From the IMG/VR virus record IMGVR_UViG_3300042304_001388: a stretch of 64,000 nucleotides of DNA; one strand, given 5' to 3'. Positions 9,406 through 18,171 of the stretch are shown here, piece after piece. The DNA is from an uncultured virus (IMG/VR IMGVR_UViG_3300042304_001388). Taxonomy: Duplodnaviria; Heunggongvirae; Uroviricota; Caudoviricetes. How positions within the stretch are numbered: the stretch's first letter is position 1; every line of letters begins with the position of its first letter. Both the position numbers and the translations under genes were made by a program. A model generated the notes under the pieces. That model had not been told where the DNA came from. It saw only the letters and a program-made list of their open reading frames with translations, and ran no database searches.

Positions 9406-10066
9406 TGTTGTTGTAGATGATATAAGAATTATTCTCAATCCAATCTCCACAATTTAAATATCTAATATTGTTAATTAATTTATCCTCAGGATGGTGGATG
9501 TGACCGCACATTACAGTTTTACAACTGTGTTTAATACCTTGTCTAACTATCTCTTCTTCAAATGATGTGATGAACTTAACTGCCTCTTTTACTTTATCTT
9601 TTAGGTACTTGGATAATGATCTTTTATAACCCCACGATTTAAGTCTTCTGTCTATAGAAATGGCGAAGTCATAACCGATACTACCTAATACTCCCAACCA
9701 TTTAAGTTTAACAACACCATCATATAAATCTCCGTGAGTTATATATGTGTTGTTCCATATGTATTCGTTATGTATTTCTATGTTGCCGAAATTCAGATCT
9801 AAATATTCTCTGGCAAATTCATCATGGTTTCCTGGCAAGTATATGACCTTAGTTCCATTCTTGGAATAAGACATTATCTTTCTAATTACGTTTGTGTGTG
9901 ATTGTGGCCAACGGAATTTACGTTTCAATAACCATCCGTCTATTATATCACCAACTAAGAATAGATATTCGGGTTGGTATTTTTTCAGAACATCCAATAC
10001 CTGATCTGCATTTGAACCTTTAGATCCTAAGTGTACATCACTGATGAATAAAGCTTCTATTTTCAT
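9383..10066 (-). CDS. UDP-2,3-diacylglucosamine diphosphatase-like (LpxH-family) metallophosphoesterase
   Basis: ISDVHLG, GDIIDGW, PGNHD, HGD, CGHIH, NCGDW. Confidence 0.8.
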   Translation of the reverse strand: MKIEALFISDVHLGSKGSNADQVLDVLKKYQPEYLFLVGDIIDGWLLKRKFRWPQSHTNVIRKIMSYSKNGTKVIYLPGNHDEFAREYLDLNFGNIEIHNEYIWNNTYITHGDLYDGVVKLKWLGVLGSIGYDFAISIDRRLKSWGYKRSLSKYLKDKVKEAVKFITSFEEEIVRQGIKHSCKTVMCGHIHHPEDKLINNIRYLNCGDWIENNSYIIYNNNEYTVIK

Positions 10067-10119
10067 CTACATAAATAGAATATAAATATGCTCGGCAATG
10101 TTAAGGAATTGTTATTCAA

Positions 10120-10446
10120 CTAATCCTCTCGTCTTATTGCATTTGCCAATTGTCCCATGGTATTCCAATAATCTATATGTATTGTATGTGATGTAATCTC
10201 TCCACCCCTTATACTATAGGTGACCATTACATTGGATACACCTGATGGATGTGCGTTGATAGTTCCCGCCACAATGTTACCGTCACCATAAGTGTAATCC
10301 ACCATCCTATATGTTGCGGTTGGTGTTGTGATTTCATATCTAATTACATTATTAACATAATCATTGAAATATCTGAGTGCTTCAATCGACATTTGTCCGT
10401 TAAAGTTTATTGTATCGTTCTTAGATAAAAATTTAAAGTCACGCAT
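10120..10446 (-). CDS. FKF-tag hypothetical protein (paralog of 3930)
   Basis: MRDFKFL. Confidence 0.7.
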   Translation of the reverse strand: MRDFKFLSKNDTINFNGQMSIEALRYFNDYVNNVIRYEITTPTATYRMVDYTYGDGNIVAGTINAHPSGVSNVMVTYSIRGGEITSHTIHIDYWNTMGQLANAIRRED

Positions 10447-10449
10447 ATT

Positions 10450-10893
10450 TTAATGATTATCAACAAAGTCATTCCACCCTACATACCACATATTAAATTG
10501 ATGTGATCCGTATGTATGTGGGTTTTCATTTAATGGAAGACCTAATTGTGCGGTTGCCCATCCCTCCTGATAAGACTCCTCATCGGTTGGTTGTATTTGT
10601 CTTGATGGGTGATGAAGAAAACATTCAAGATATCCACTTTCCCATATTCTATGTAATGAATAAATTAGTTCTTCCCTATTACTATATGGATTATCATATA
10701 CCTCCATACCTCTTTCACAAGCTCTCCATCCTCTTCCAAATATTCTTTTTTCTCTTGGTGTTTCACAATTTTCAGGATATGGAATTTGACCCATGGGTAT
10801 CCTTGGATACCTTGGTTGTACAAATGTTAATCTTTCTTCTATGTTTACTATTCTTGCACTAATAAACCCCCTTAAAAATTTGAACTTAAACAT
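10450..10893 (-). CDS. FKF-tag protein with two Rmf-like domains
   Basis: MFKFKFL; GRGWRACERG...NPY...WESGY and QEGWATAQLG...NPH...WYVGW. Confidence 0.6.
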   Translation of the reverse strand: MFKFKFLRGFISARIVNIEERLTFVQPRYPRIPMGQIPYPENCETPREKRIFGRGWRACERGMEVYDNPYSNREELIYSLHRIWESGYLECFLHHPSRQIQPTDEESYQEGWATAQLGLPLNENPHTYGSHQFNMWYVGWNDFVDNH

Positions 10894-11201
10894 TAGTTGT
10901 CGTTATCGTCATCATCTTCATCTTCCCAAACATAAGGATCGGGGTCTACCGCATCGGTGATCTTAGTTAAATCATCATATACTTTTTCTAATTTAACTTG
11001 GAGAACACCAAACTCAAATGCAATTTCTCTTACATTCTTATTTTCATCGGTGGTGATATTTTTTAATTCGTTGGATACGTTATTAATATCCCATTTAAGT
11101 CCAGTCAGTTCATCATACTGATCTTGAGTTAAAACGATTTGTTTTGGTTCTTCAACCACCTTTGGTACGGCCTTCTTTGCCGCCTTTTTAGTTATTGCCA
11201 T
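10893..11201 (-). CDS. hypothetical protein, basic N-terminus and acidic C-terminus
   Basis: ORF with promoter-like box upstream. Confidence 0.7.
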   Translation of the reverse strand: MAITKKAAKKAVPKVVEEPKQIVLTQDQYDELTGLKWDINNVSNELKNITTDENKNVREIAFEFGVLQVKLEKVYDDLTKITDAVDPDPYVWEDEDDDDNDN

Positions 11202-11277
11202 GATATTATTGTTTTATATCTAAATTTAAGAATTTTTGACGGAATATCCAAACAATTAGGGATATATTTATTAACAT

Positions 11278-12507
11278 ATGAAATTTGTGGATATCTTGGG
11301 GGAATCTATGTTAAGTGACGACTATCGTAAGGTGTCTCGTAAGGTTAAACTTATGTATAAGACACTAAGAACAGGTGGTTTTAAGATTGATAAACTAATC
11401 CCTAATATGGTTCCGTTTTGGACCGGATTTGAAATGATTGACGATGGTGATGCTTTAATCACATACGAATTACCCACAACATATCATTTAACTTCAGGAA
11501 ACGCATCATCATCATATAAAATAATAATAACAGGTATAACTATTAATTGTGAGAAATATCCTGGATTAGCTGATGATATAGATGTTAGAGAGGATTTATT
11601 GAGGAGACTTGCACGTAAATTAAATAACGCATTAAAGGTTACATTTAATGAAGGTGAATATATTGAACTTTCTATAAGAAAAAAAGATAATCTTCCGAGT
11701 TATGGTTTTGAAAACATGTTGAACGAATCGATTGTTGATGATCCGATAGAACAGGAAAAACAAATAGAAAAAGCTAAAATAGTTTATAAGGCATTTAGAA
11801 AAGGAACTATAAAATTTAAAATTAATGATAACTTAGACGGTGAACATGAAATAATTGCAAAATATGAGTTACCTAAAGTATATAAATTGAAGACCAGTTT
11901 CTTGGAGGAATATATGCGTAATATCGGTATTATAGTTAATTGGAAAGATATTAAATGTGAAATCATAGAGGGTCCTAAAAATACAAGAAAACCAATAATT
12001 GATTACGTTCTTCAAATGATTAAACAAAGAATTGAAAGATTTGAATACAACATAGTACTTCATTTTGATAATCAAAAACCAAACGATGTAAAAGGTGGTC
12101 AAATCATTGCTTTAAAAGAAGAGAAGGAAAACGAACACGAAACACTTGTTAAAAAAGCGCCGACTGTTTTTAAAGCCCTTAAGAAAGGTAAAATAACAAT
12201 GGAGGTTGACGCGATAAGATTATTTTATCGAGGTGCAACGGACCCACAAAAATACACATTTGATTATGATTTAGGTGATGTATACATTGTTGAAACAGAT
12301 CCATTTGAAAATAACTACAATGTTAAAGTTTTAATACCGGCAATTAAAATTAACTGTGACGAAAACCCAAATTTAAATAATATTCAAACAATTAAAATGG
12401 ACATTCTTAATATTGTTAAGAAAAAATTTAACAACTTTGGATTGAACATTATTCTTAGAGCGACAAAATTTCGTTTAAAACATAATGGAACTTGGGTTAA
12501 ATTGTAA
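11278..12507 (+). CDS. repeat-domain protein (3 copies), putative internal head protein
   Basis: MKFVDILGES; repeats separated by MLNES and ALKEE; TATTTAT at 11265-11271. Confidence 0.6.
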   Translation: MKFVDILGESMLSDDYRKVSRKVKLMYKTLRTGGFKIDKLIPNMVPFWTGFEMIDDGDALITYELPTTYHLTSGNASSSYKIIITGITINCEKYPGLADDIDVREDLLRRLARKLNNALKVTFNEGEYIELSIRKKDNLPSYGFENMLNESIVDDPIEQEKQIEKAKIVYKAFRKGTIKFKINDNLDGEHEIIAKYELPKVYKLKTSFLEEYMRNIGIIVNWKDIKCEIIEGPKNTRKPIIDYVLQMIKQRIERFEYNIVLHFDNQKPNDVKGGQIIALKEEKENEHETLVKKAPTVFKALKKGKITMEVDAIRLFYRGATDPQKYTFDYDLGDVYIVETDPFENNYNVKVLIPAIKINCDENPNLNNIQTIKMDILNIVKKKFNNFGLNIILRATKFRLKHNGTWVKL

Positions 12508-12519
12508 TATATTTGTGGT

Positions 12520-12780
12520 ATGAATTTTAAATTCTTTATTGGTCAAGTAATAGTTCCTAATTACGATAGACATAATACCACATGGAAAACTGCCACAGGT
12601 AGAGATACACCTATTATTTGGATGACTAATAGTCATATAATCAATACGTTAGGTTGTTTAAGAGAGATAGGTTTAACTGAAATACCTGATGTTTATTTGG
12701 GTAAAACCAAACAAGAATGGATTGAAATTTTTAAAACTGAATTGAGAGTTAGGGAACAAGAGAATCAACAAAGGGTTTAA
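12520..12780 (+). CDS. FKF-tag hypothetical protein (paralog of 5513)
   Basis: MNFKFF; own TATATTTG at 12508-12515. Confidence 0.7.
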   Translation: MNFKFFIGQVIVPNYDRHNTTWKTATGRDTPIIWMTNSHIINTLGCLREIGLTEIPDVYLGKTKQEWIEIFKTELRVREQENQQRV

Positions 12781-13072
12781 TCTTAATAACTCTTGTCTGT
12801 AATTTGGGTTCTTTCTTCTTCCTTGGGGTGAACCTTCTCTTAGGTTTAATATTGTGTTCTTTCTTATGACATCCCGAACATAACGACTCCAAAGTATCAT
12901 TATCGTACTCCCACGGCATTAGACCATCTTCGTATTTGGTGTGATGAACCTGTAATCTATGTGATTTCTTTCCACATCTGACGCAGGAGTGGTTATCTCT
13001 CTTTCTTATGAAGGAAGCCTTGATCTTCCATTTGGGGTCCTGTAATAGTCTCCTATACTCTTTTCTGTTCAT
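12749..13072 (-). CDS. HNH endonuclease
   Basis: RDNHSCVRCG...LQVHH...LESLCSGCHKKEH. Confidence 0.85.
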   Translation of the reverse strand: MNRKEYRRLLQDPKWKIKASFIRKRDNHSCVRCGKKSHRLQVHHTKYEDGLMPWEYDNDTLESLCSGCHKKEHNIKPKRRFTPRKKKEPKLQTRVIKIKPFVDSLVP

Positions 13073-13086
13073 TCATAATAAATACC

Positions 13087-13263
13087 TTATTGACCGATTA
13101 AATATTGATTTACGATCTCATCACCCTTTAATTCGGTTTTGATTAGGTATCTCTCAATGTCCGATATGTGTTTTAATTTACGTTCGGCTTGTTCAAATGA
13201 TTCACACTCAATGACTTCATTACCAATTTCAATGTGGTATTTTACTGTTATTTTTACTTTCAT
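13087..13263 (-). CDS. small hypothetical protein (58 aa)
   Basis: Hand-translated MKVKITVKYH...; promoter GGATATTCC/TATATTTG directly upstream. Confidence 0.55.
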   Translation of the reverse strand: MKVKITVKYHIEIGNEVIECESFEQAERKLKHISDIERYLIKTELKGDEIVNQYLIGQ

Positions 13264-13267
13264 GGGA

Positions 13268-13296
13268 CAAATATACGACCCCTATTTGGAATATCC
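13268..13296 (-). promoter_or_regulatory. GGATATTCC box + TATATTTG promoter
   Basis: Same layout as 204-232. Confidence 0.6.
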
Positions 13297-13300
13297 AAAT

Positions 13301-14146
13301 TTATTTTGACTTTGGGGTGATGTCTATTTCAGTGTATGTTTCATCGGGAGACACTGAATTAGGACTAAAAATGGAATATTTTGGTACTTGTCCTCCCCAA
13401 TATACGGTTATACCATGTTTTTTAAACTGATCTGTAATTCTACCTGAAACTATATGTTTATCACCGTTTCTCAATGGTTTATCATTGGTTTTGGTATAAT
13501 TTATGGTTTCAGTATTTAATAATAATATAGGATAAGTGTCGGCACCGGTAAGTTCAGTTTCTTCTTTATTACGATGTTTAATTTTGACATAAAATTTATT
13601 GGGTAGTGTCCAATGTACTTCATGATATGGACTATCAACAGGACTGAACCCTATTTTTCCTCCTTTTTTTAATCCCTTATAAATAAGTTTAGTCTTATTG
13701 ATTAATTTTTGATCCTCTTCTTCACTTTCATTAACCAAACTTTTCTTTCCTTTTCCGTCTGATTGTTGCATATAACGGAGTTCAACGTTAAAACTACCAA
13801 ACTTATCTTCAATTTTGTTCTCAATTTCCGAAACTAACCACAATGGTAATTTTTCGGTTATTTCACTACCGTCTTCATTAAGAATATCAATATCATCATA
13901 ATAACAATCCATTACACAGATAACTTCTCCATTAGTATAGTCTACAATTGATCTAAAATGTGCGTCGTGTATTTGATATTGAAATATCATGTCGGGAACT
14001 GTTCCGTCTTCATCGTATCGACCAACCACAACCTTAACCTTACCTTTTTTAAAGGTCTTAAAGATTAGTCTACCTCTTTTTCGTTGGCGTTCTTGTTCTT
14101 TCTTAAGGTCTTCACTACTTAATTTAATTGTTGTTAATCCACTCAT
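13301..14146 (-). CDS. repeat-domain protein (2 copies), putative internal head protein
   Basis: RLIFKTFKKG...KFGSFNV; LVNESEEE linker; KTKLIYKGLKKG; TATTTAT at 14152-14158. Confidence 0.6.
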   Translation of the reverse strand: MSGLTTIKLSSEDLKKEQERQRKRGRLIFKTFKKGKVKVVVGRYDEDGTVPDMIFQYQIHDAHFRSIVDYTNGEVICVMDCYYDDIDILNEDGSEITEKLPLWLVSEIENKIEDKFGSFNVELRYMQQSDGKGKKSLVNESEEEDQKLINKTKLIYKGLKKGGKIGFSPVDSPYHEVHWTLPNKFYVKIKHRNKEETELTGADTYPILLLNTETINYTKTNDKPLRNGDKHIVSGRITDQFKKHGITVYWGGQVPKYSIFSPNSVSPDETYTEIDITPKSK

Positions 14147-14160
14147 TAGATATAAATATC

Positions 14161-14283
14161 CTATTTACCTCTTCCCGTCTTCTTAATTTGGGTAGTGTTC
14201 TTAACAGGTTTAGTTGTTGTCGGTTTCTTTACCCCTTTATCTATCTTAGATTGTTGTGGGTTGTTAAAAAATTTTGAACTCAT
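14161..14283 (-). CDS. small basic protein (40 aa, ends KKTGRGK)
   Basis: Hand-translated; TATTTAT at 14288-14294. Confidence 0.55.
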   Translation of the reverse strand: MSSKFFNNPQQSKIDKGVKKPTTTKPVKNTTQIKKTGRGK

Positions 14284-14295
14284 ATTAATAAATAT

Positions 14296-14628
14296 TTAAA
14301 CTTCTGGTATCCATCTTAAAAAAGTTATACGAAGTGGTGTTCCTCCTAATATATTAAAAGGCCACGGATCATGATCATTATCTATTGTCATCGTTATATT
14401 ATCACCTGTTATGGATAATATTGGTACTATCATTCGTTCGGGAAAATTCATTAAAAAAGTTCTTATACTTGTGGTGGTCATTACTTCTTCCACCCAATTT
14501 GGGTCTCTATCTAAATAGTCTCTTCCTGTCCACATCCAACTTGCAAACCCATCATGGAGATCATGAACAAACCCTCCGAATTCTAATTCATCATTATTAT
14601 CAGTTAAAAATTTGAAGTTTCTAATCAT
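14296..14628 (-). CDS. FKF-tag hypothetical protein
   Basis: MIRNFKFL. Confidence 0.7.
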   Translation of the reverse strand: MIRNFKFLTDNNDELEFGGFVHDLHDGFASWMWTGRDYLDRDPNWVEEVMTTTSIRTFLMNFPERMIVPILSITGDNITMTIDNDHDPWPFNILGGTPLRITFLRWIPEV

Positions 14629-14897
14629 AAATCTATATTAACACTAAATCTATCTATTATGTATCCTGGATTACTTGGTACATGACAAACAACGGAATGG
14701 TAATTATTCCTTCCACGTTGTATGTAAAGAACTCTCCATGCACCATTTTCGTGTGGATATTCTTTTGGGAATATTGTTGTTTCCCATTCATCTGTACTAA
14801 TTAAAGTTTCAATAATGTACTTTGCGTTATCATAACAAGAATGAGGTGTAAACCTATGGTGTTCGTATTTTGTTAAAAATTTAAATGTTCCTATCAT
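14625..14897 (-). CDS. FKF-tag hypothetical protein
   Basis: MIGTFKFL. Confidence 0.7.
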   Translation of the reverse strand: MIGTFKFLTKYEHHRFTPHSCYDNAKYIIETLISTDEWETTIFPKEYPHENGAWRVLYIQRGRNNYHSVVCHVPSNPGYIIDRFSVNIDL

Positions 14898-15555
14898 TAT
14901 CTAATATTTCCATTACTTTATCTAATTTTTCATCTCTTCCATGAAATCCAAATGTATTATATATTGTATGATTATCATCTATTGCATTTTGAATTACAAA
15001 TTTTCTTGCTATCGTATGTGGACATATTTTTAAACCCTTTCTAATTAAATCATTTCTTTTCACATGACATATGTATGTATCTTCATTTTCTTTCCCTTCA
15101 TACTCTACCCATGATGTCATTAGATTCAATAGTTTTTTTGATCTTAATGTAAAACCCCCGCCACCGATTCTTTCTTCAGGATGATGTAAAATAACACTAT
15201 CCAAAGGTAATGGGGATCCAACATAATCGTAGTTAAGAAATTCATTATCCCAATGTTCGGGATTTAACGGAAACCCATCATCTTGAAATAATAAACAATA
15301 ATCGGTATCAATATAATTTGTTAATTCCCTAACACACCATCTATTATAATAATGATAATCAACTGGATCGGTATAAATATATTCCACTCCTTCCACTTCA
15401 GGATCTACAGGTGAAATGAATATTATTTTATGGAAATTAATTATACTAACCATATATTCTAATAATTTTTTAGATCTCGTTGTAAGTGATCCGTCAAAAC
15501 CATTATCTCTACCTTGTAAACATATTGCCGTAATATTTTGTAAATTTAATTTCAT
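14881..15555 (-). CDS. DUF5672-like putative glycosyltransferase
   Basis: LLFQDDGF...FLNYDYVGSP...GGGGFTLRSKKL...ED...FGFHG. Confidence 0.7.
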   Translation of the reverse strand: MKLNLQNITAICLQGRDNGFDGSLTTRSKKLLEYMVSIINFHKIIFISPVDPEVEGVEYIYTDPVDYHYYNRWCVRELTNYIDTDYCLLFQDDGFPLNPEHWDNEFLNYDYVGSPLPLDSVILHHPEERIGGGGFTLRSKKLLNLMTSWVEYEGKENEDTYICHVKRNDLIRKGLKICPHTIARKFVIQNAIDDNHTIYNTFGFHGRDEKLDKVMEILDNDRNI

Positions 15556-15992
15556 ACTCCAAATAATTTTGCAATTCCAATAAATGTTATTATTGTTGAT
15601 AAGAGAGTCACCACCACAACACCGATAGGTTCCAACTTCCAAGTTTCAATTAAAACCAATTTAACTCTTGTTCCAAATATCTTAACCTTAGTCCATGGTG
15701 TTGGATTTACGGTTACCGTAGTTGTTGCTTGAAACAATCTAATTTGGTTATCGGTTTCCCTTGAATGATTTATCATTCCTAATCTTCTTATTCTTTCTTG
15801 TTCAATTAACATGTCTCTATTTCTCATATATTGTTCGTGAGATATAGTTTGGAAATGTTCAGCATAATATCTTTCCATTTCATTATTAGAATCTAATCTT
15901 GGGTAATATAACGATGCTGTCGCATATGTTTCTCCGTCCATTATATCTAATGTGCCGATATAACCCCTGAAAAAATTGAATTTACTTTTCAT
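15552..15992 (-). CDS. FKF-tag variant (FNFF) protein with C-terminal transmembrane helix
   Basis: MKSKFNFFRG; hydrophobic C-terminus. Confidence 0.65.
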   Translation of the reverse strand: MKSKFNFFRGYIGTLDIMDGETYATASLYYPRLDSNNEMERYYAEHFQTISHEQYMRNRDMLIEQERIRRLGMINHSRETDNQIRLFQATTTVTVNPTPWTKVKIFGTRVKLVLIETWKLEPIGVVVVTLLSTIITFIGIAKLFGV

Positions 15993-16941
15993 TATTTAAA
16001 ATATAAGATTTGTTTTTAAAAATTTCTCTAAACTCGTTATCAAATGATATTTCATAAATGACTTTATTATTATTGTCCACTCTAACATGTGTTATTTCAT
16101 TAAATAAATCTAAAATTCTTGTGGTCCAAAATCCAGGTTTTGTTATTAGTTTTACTATTTTTTGTTTATTAATTATTATAGTAATTTCCTCCGATTTTTC
16201 AAATTCCGAAGCGTTGTAAAAAATATTTAATGTTCTATCTTCGGGATTATAATATAACGTAAAATGTAAATTCCTGTGATTGAAATAATCACCTCTCTTA
16301 AATTCTTTGTTCGTTGGTTCATTTTTAAATAAAACATTACCTGATTCAATAAATAATTTTTTAGTTAGATATTCCAAATACGTTTTATTTAGTTTTCTCA
16401 TCTCACTATCGATAAAATCCCTATCATAATTTTTATATTTCTCAGGTAATGAACTAACTTTAAATGATTTTAAAGATCCAAATAAAAATCCGTCTTTATC
16501 ACCAGTATCGGTATAAATCACCGAATCATATTCCTCTAACGACTTATTATTTTCAATTATTAAATTTGAGTTTAATAATTCACAATCATATTCAATATGA
16601 TGTATGTTTTTATATCCAAAATTTATAGCAATTTGACTAACCATTGAAAACATTCTATAAATTGCAAACCCATAAAATGTTTTAGCAAAAAATCTTGATT
16701 GTATTCTTTTGTTTTCAAAATAAAATGTTTTGTGTCCAAATAAATTATAATCTTTTGAAATATCATTATTATAATCATACATATAATATTGACATTTTTT
16801 TTGAATATGGATTGGTATATGTGAATGTGATAATAATGCAATATGAAATCCACATTTCATAACTGAATTTATACAACGTTCCAAGAGTTCTTCTTGTTTT
16901 TGTGTTTCACAATATGCCGTAATAAAAATTAAATCTTTCAT
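15982..16941 (-). CDS. glycosyltransferase-like protein, paralogous to N-terminal domain of 58332..60461
   Basis: YYMYDYNNDI / IHHIEYD versus YYLYDGNNDI / IHFLEYD. Confidence 0.55.
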   Translation of the reverse strand: MKDLIFITAYCETQKQEELLERCINSVMKCGFHIALLSHSHIPIHIQKKCQYYMYDYNNDISKDYNLFGHKTFYFENKRIQSRFFAKTFYGFAIYRMFSMVSQIAINFGYKNIHHIEYDCELLNSNLIIENNKSLEEYDSVIYTDTGDKDGFLFGSLKSFKVSSLPEKYKNYDRDFIDSEMRKLNKTYLEYLTKKLFIESGNVLFKNEPTNKEFKRGDYFNHRNLHFTLYYNPEDRTLNIFYNASEFEKSEEITIIINKQKIVKLITKPGFWTTRILDLFNEITHVRVDNNNKVIYEISFDNEFREIFKNKSYILNNEK

Positions 16942-17537
16942 TAAAATTCTTTAAATAAATCGTTTTTTGTTAAATCAGGATAATTCTCAATTGTATCCTC
17001 ATTATGTTTTGGCATTGATGACATTAACCATAATCCATCGGCAGCATCAGGAGGAGTCATATACATATTCCAACCTAAAAACTTAATGTTATCTTGTGTA
17101 TATGGTATTTCATCTCTCCCCTCGTGTCTTGCCCTTTTAAACCATTTATACGCGTCTTCATTATCTGTCAATATCATTCCACCTTTTCTCATTTGTAATA
17201 TTTTTTTAGGGTGAAAAGAAAGACACATAAAACTATTTGGTATATACATTCCACTTGTGAATCTTCTTGCTGAATCGTATATCTTATATGGTTTTAATTC
17301 ATAAACACCTTTCCATTCAGTATCGTCAAATTTAACTTTACCTCCTGAAGACATGATTGCTTGTGGAACTGAAAGATAAGTTTTTTTAGGAATAGTTACT
17401 TCGGTTACTTTTGAATAAACACAACAAAGAAATAATGCGTCAGTACAATTATCTAATGCGATTGCGTAAGGGGATCCAGCATATTCTGCAATCTCCTCCT
17501 CAAACATTTCAACTATTTTATATGGATTGTGTTTCAT
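16941..17537 (-). CDS. short DegT/DnrJ/EryC1/StrS-family PLP aminotransferase
   Basis: FEEEIAEY...NCTDALFL...DSA...LSFHPKK...GGMILTDN. Confidence 0.75.
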   Translation of the reverse strand: MKHNPYKIVEMFEEEIAEYAGSPYAIALDNCTDALFLCCVYSKVTEVTIPKKTYLSVPQAIMSSGGKVKFDDTEWKGVYELKPYKIYDSARRFTSGMYIPNSFMCLSFHPKKILQMRKGGMILTDNEDAYKWFKRARHEGRDEIPYTQDNIKFLGWNMYMTPPDAADGLWLMSSMPKHNEDTIENYPDLTKNDLFKEF

Positions 17538-18171
17538 ATTGATGATTTATTATTTTACAGGGGCTACCATAGGCAACCACATTATTTGGAATGTCTTTAG
17601 TGACTAATGAACCAGCACCTATTACTGTATTATCTCCTATTGTAATTCCGTCAATTATATTTGCCCCAATACCTATTTGACATCCTCTACCTATGGTTAC
17701 ATTACCGGCAATATTAGTACCTGGATTTATCGAGGTAAAGTCTCCAATAGTTGTGTGATGACCGATTGATACGTGTCGATTTATTGTAACAAAATTGCCT
17801 ATTGTTGTGTGAGCGGCGATCGATACTTTTGGGTTAATTAATATTCCATATCCAAGTGTACTTGTATGTGAAATATCTAATCCTTTGTTAATAACATTAA
17901 TGAATTTATTTTTATTAGGGTTCAATGTTTCTAAAATTTTAATTTTATGTTTAGGTTGATAAACCCCTAAAACGTAGGAATCGTAATCATCAATGTTGAT
18001 CTCATTTAAAACCTCAATATTAAATTTATTGTGGTCAAATGAATTTAATATTGGTAAATTTAAATTATTATACACAACAATACCTTTTAAATTAAGTGTT
18101 GAATAAAGATTGTCTAATATCATTGTAATGATATTGTCTCCCTTACCTAATACTAATATTTTTGTTTCCAT
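17518..18171 (-). CDS. NeuD/PglD-family sugar acyltransferase (hexapeptide repeats)
   Basis: IGHHTTIGDF...IGAGSLVTKDIP...YGSPCK. Confidence 0.85.
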   Translation of the reverse strand: METKILVLGKGDNIITMILDNLYSTLNLKGIVVYNNLNLPILNSFDHNKFNIEVLNEINIDDYDSYVLGVYQPKHKIKILETLNPNKNKFINVINKGLDISHTSTLGYGILINPKVSIAAHTTIGNFVTINRHVSIGHHTTIGDFTSINPGTNIAGNVTIGRGCQIGIGANIIDGITIGDNTVIGAGSLVTKDIPNNVVAYGSPCKIINHQYETQSI

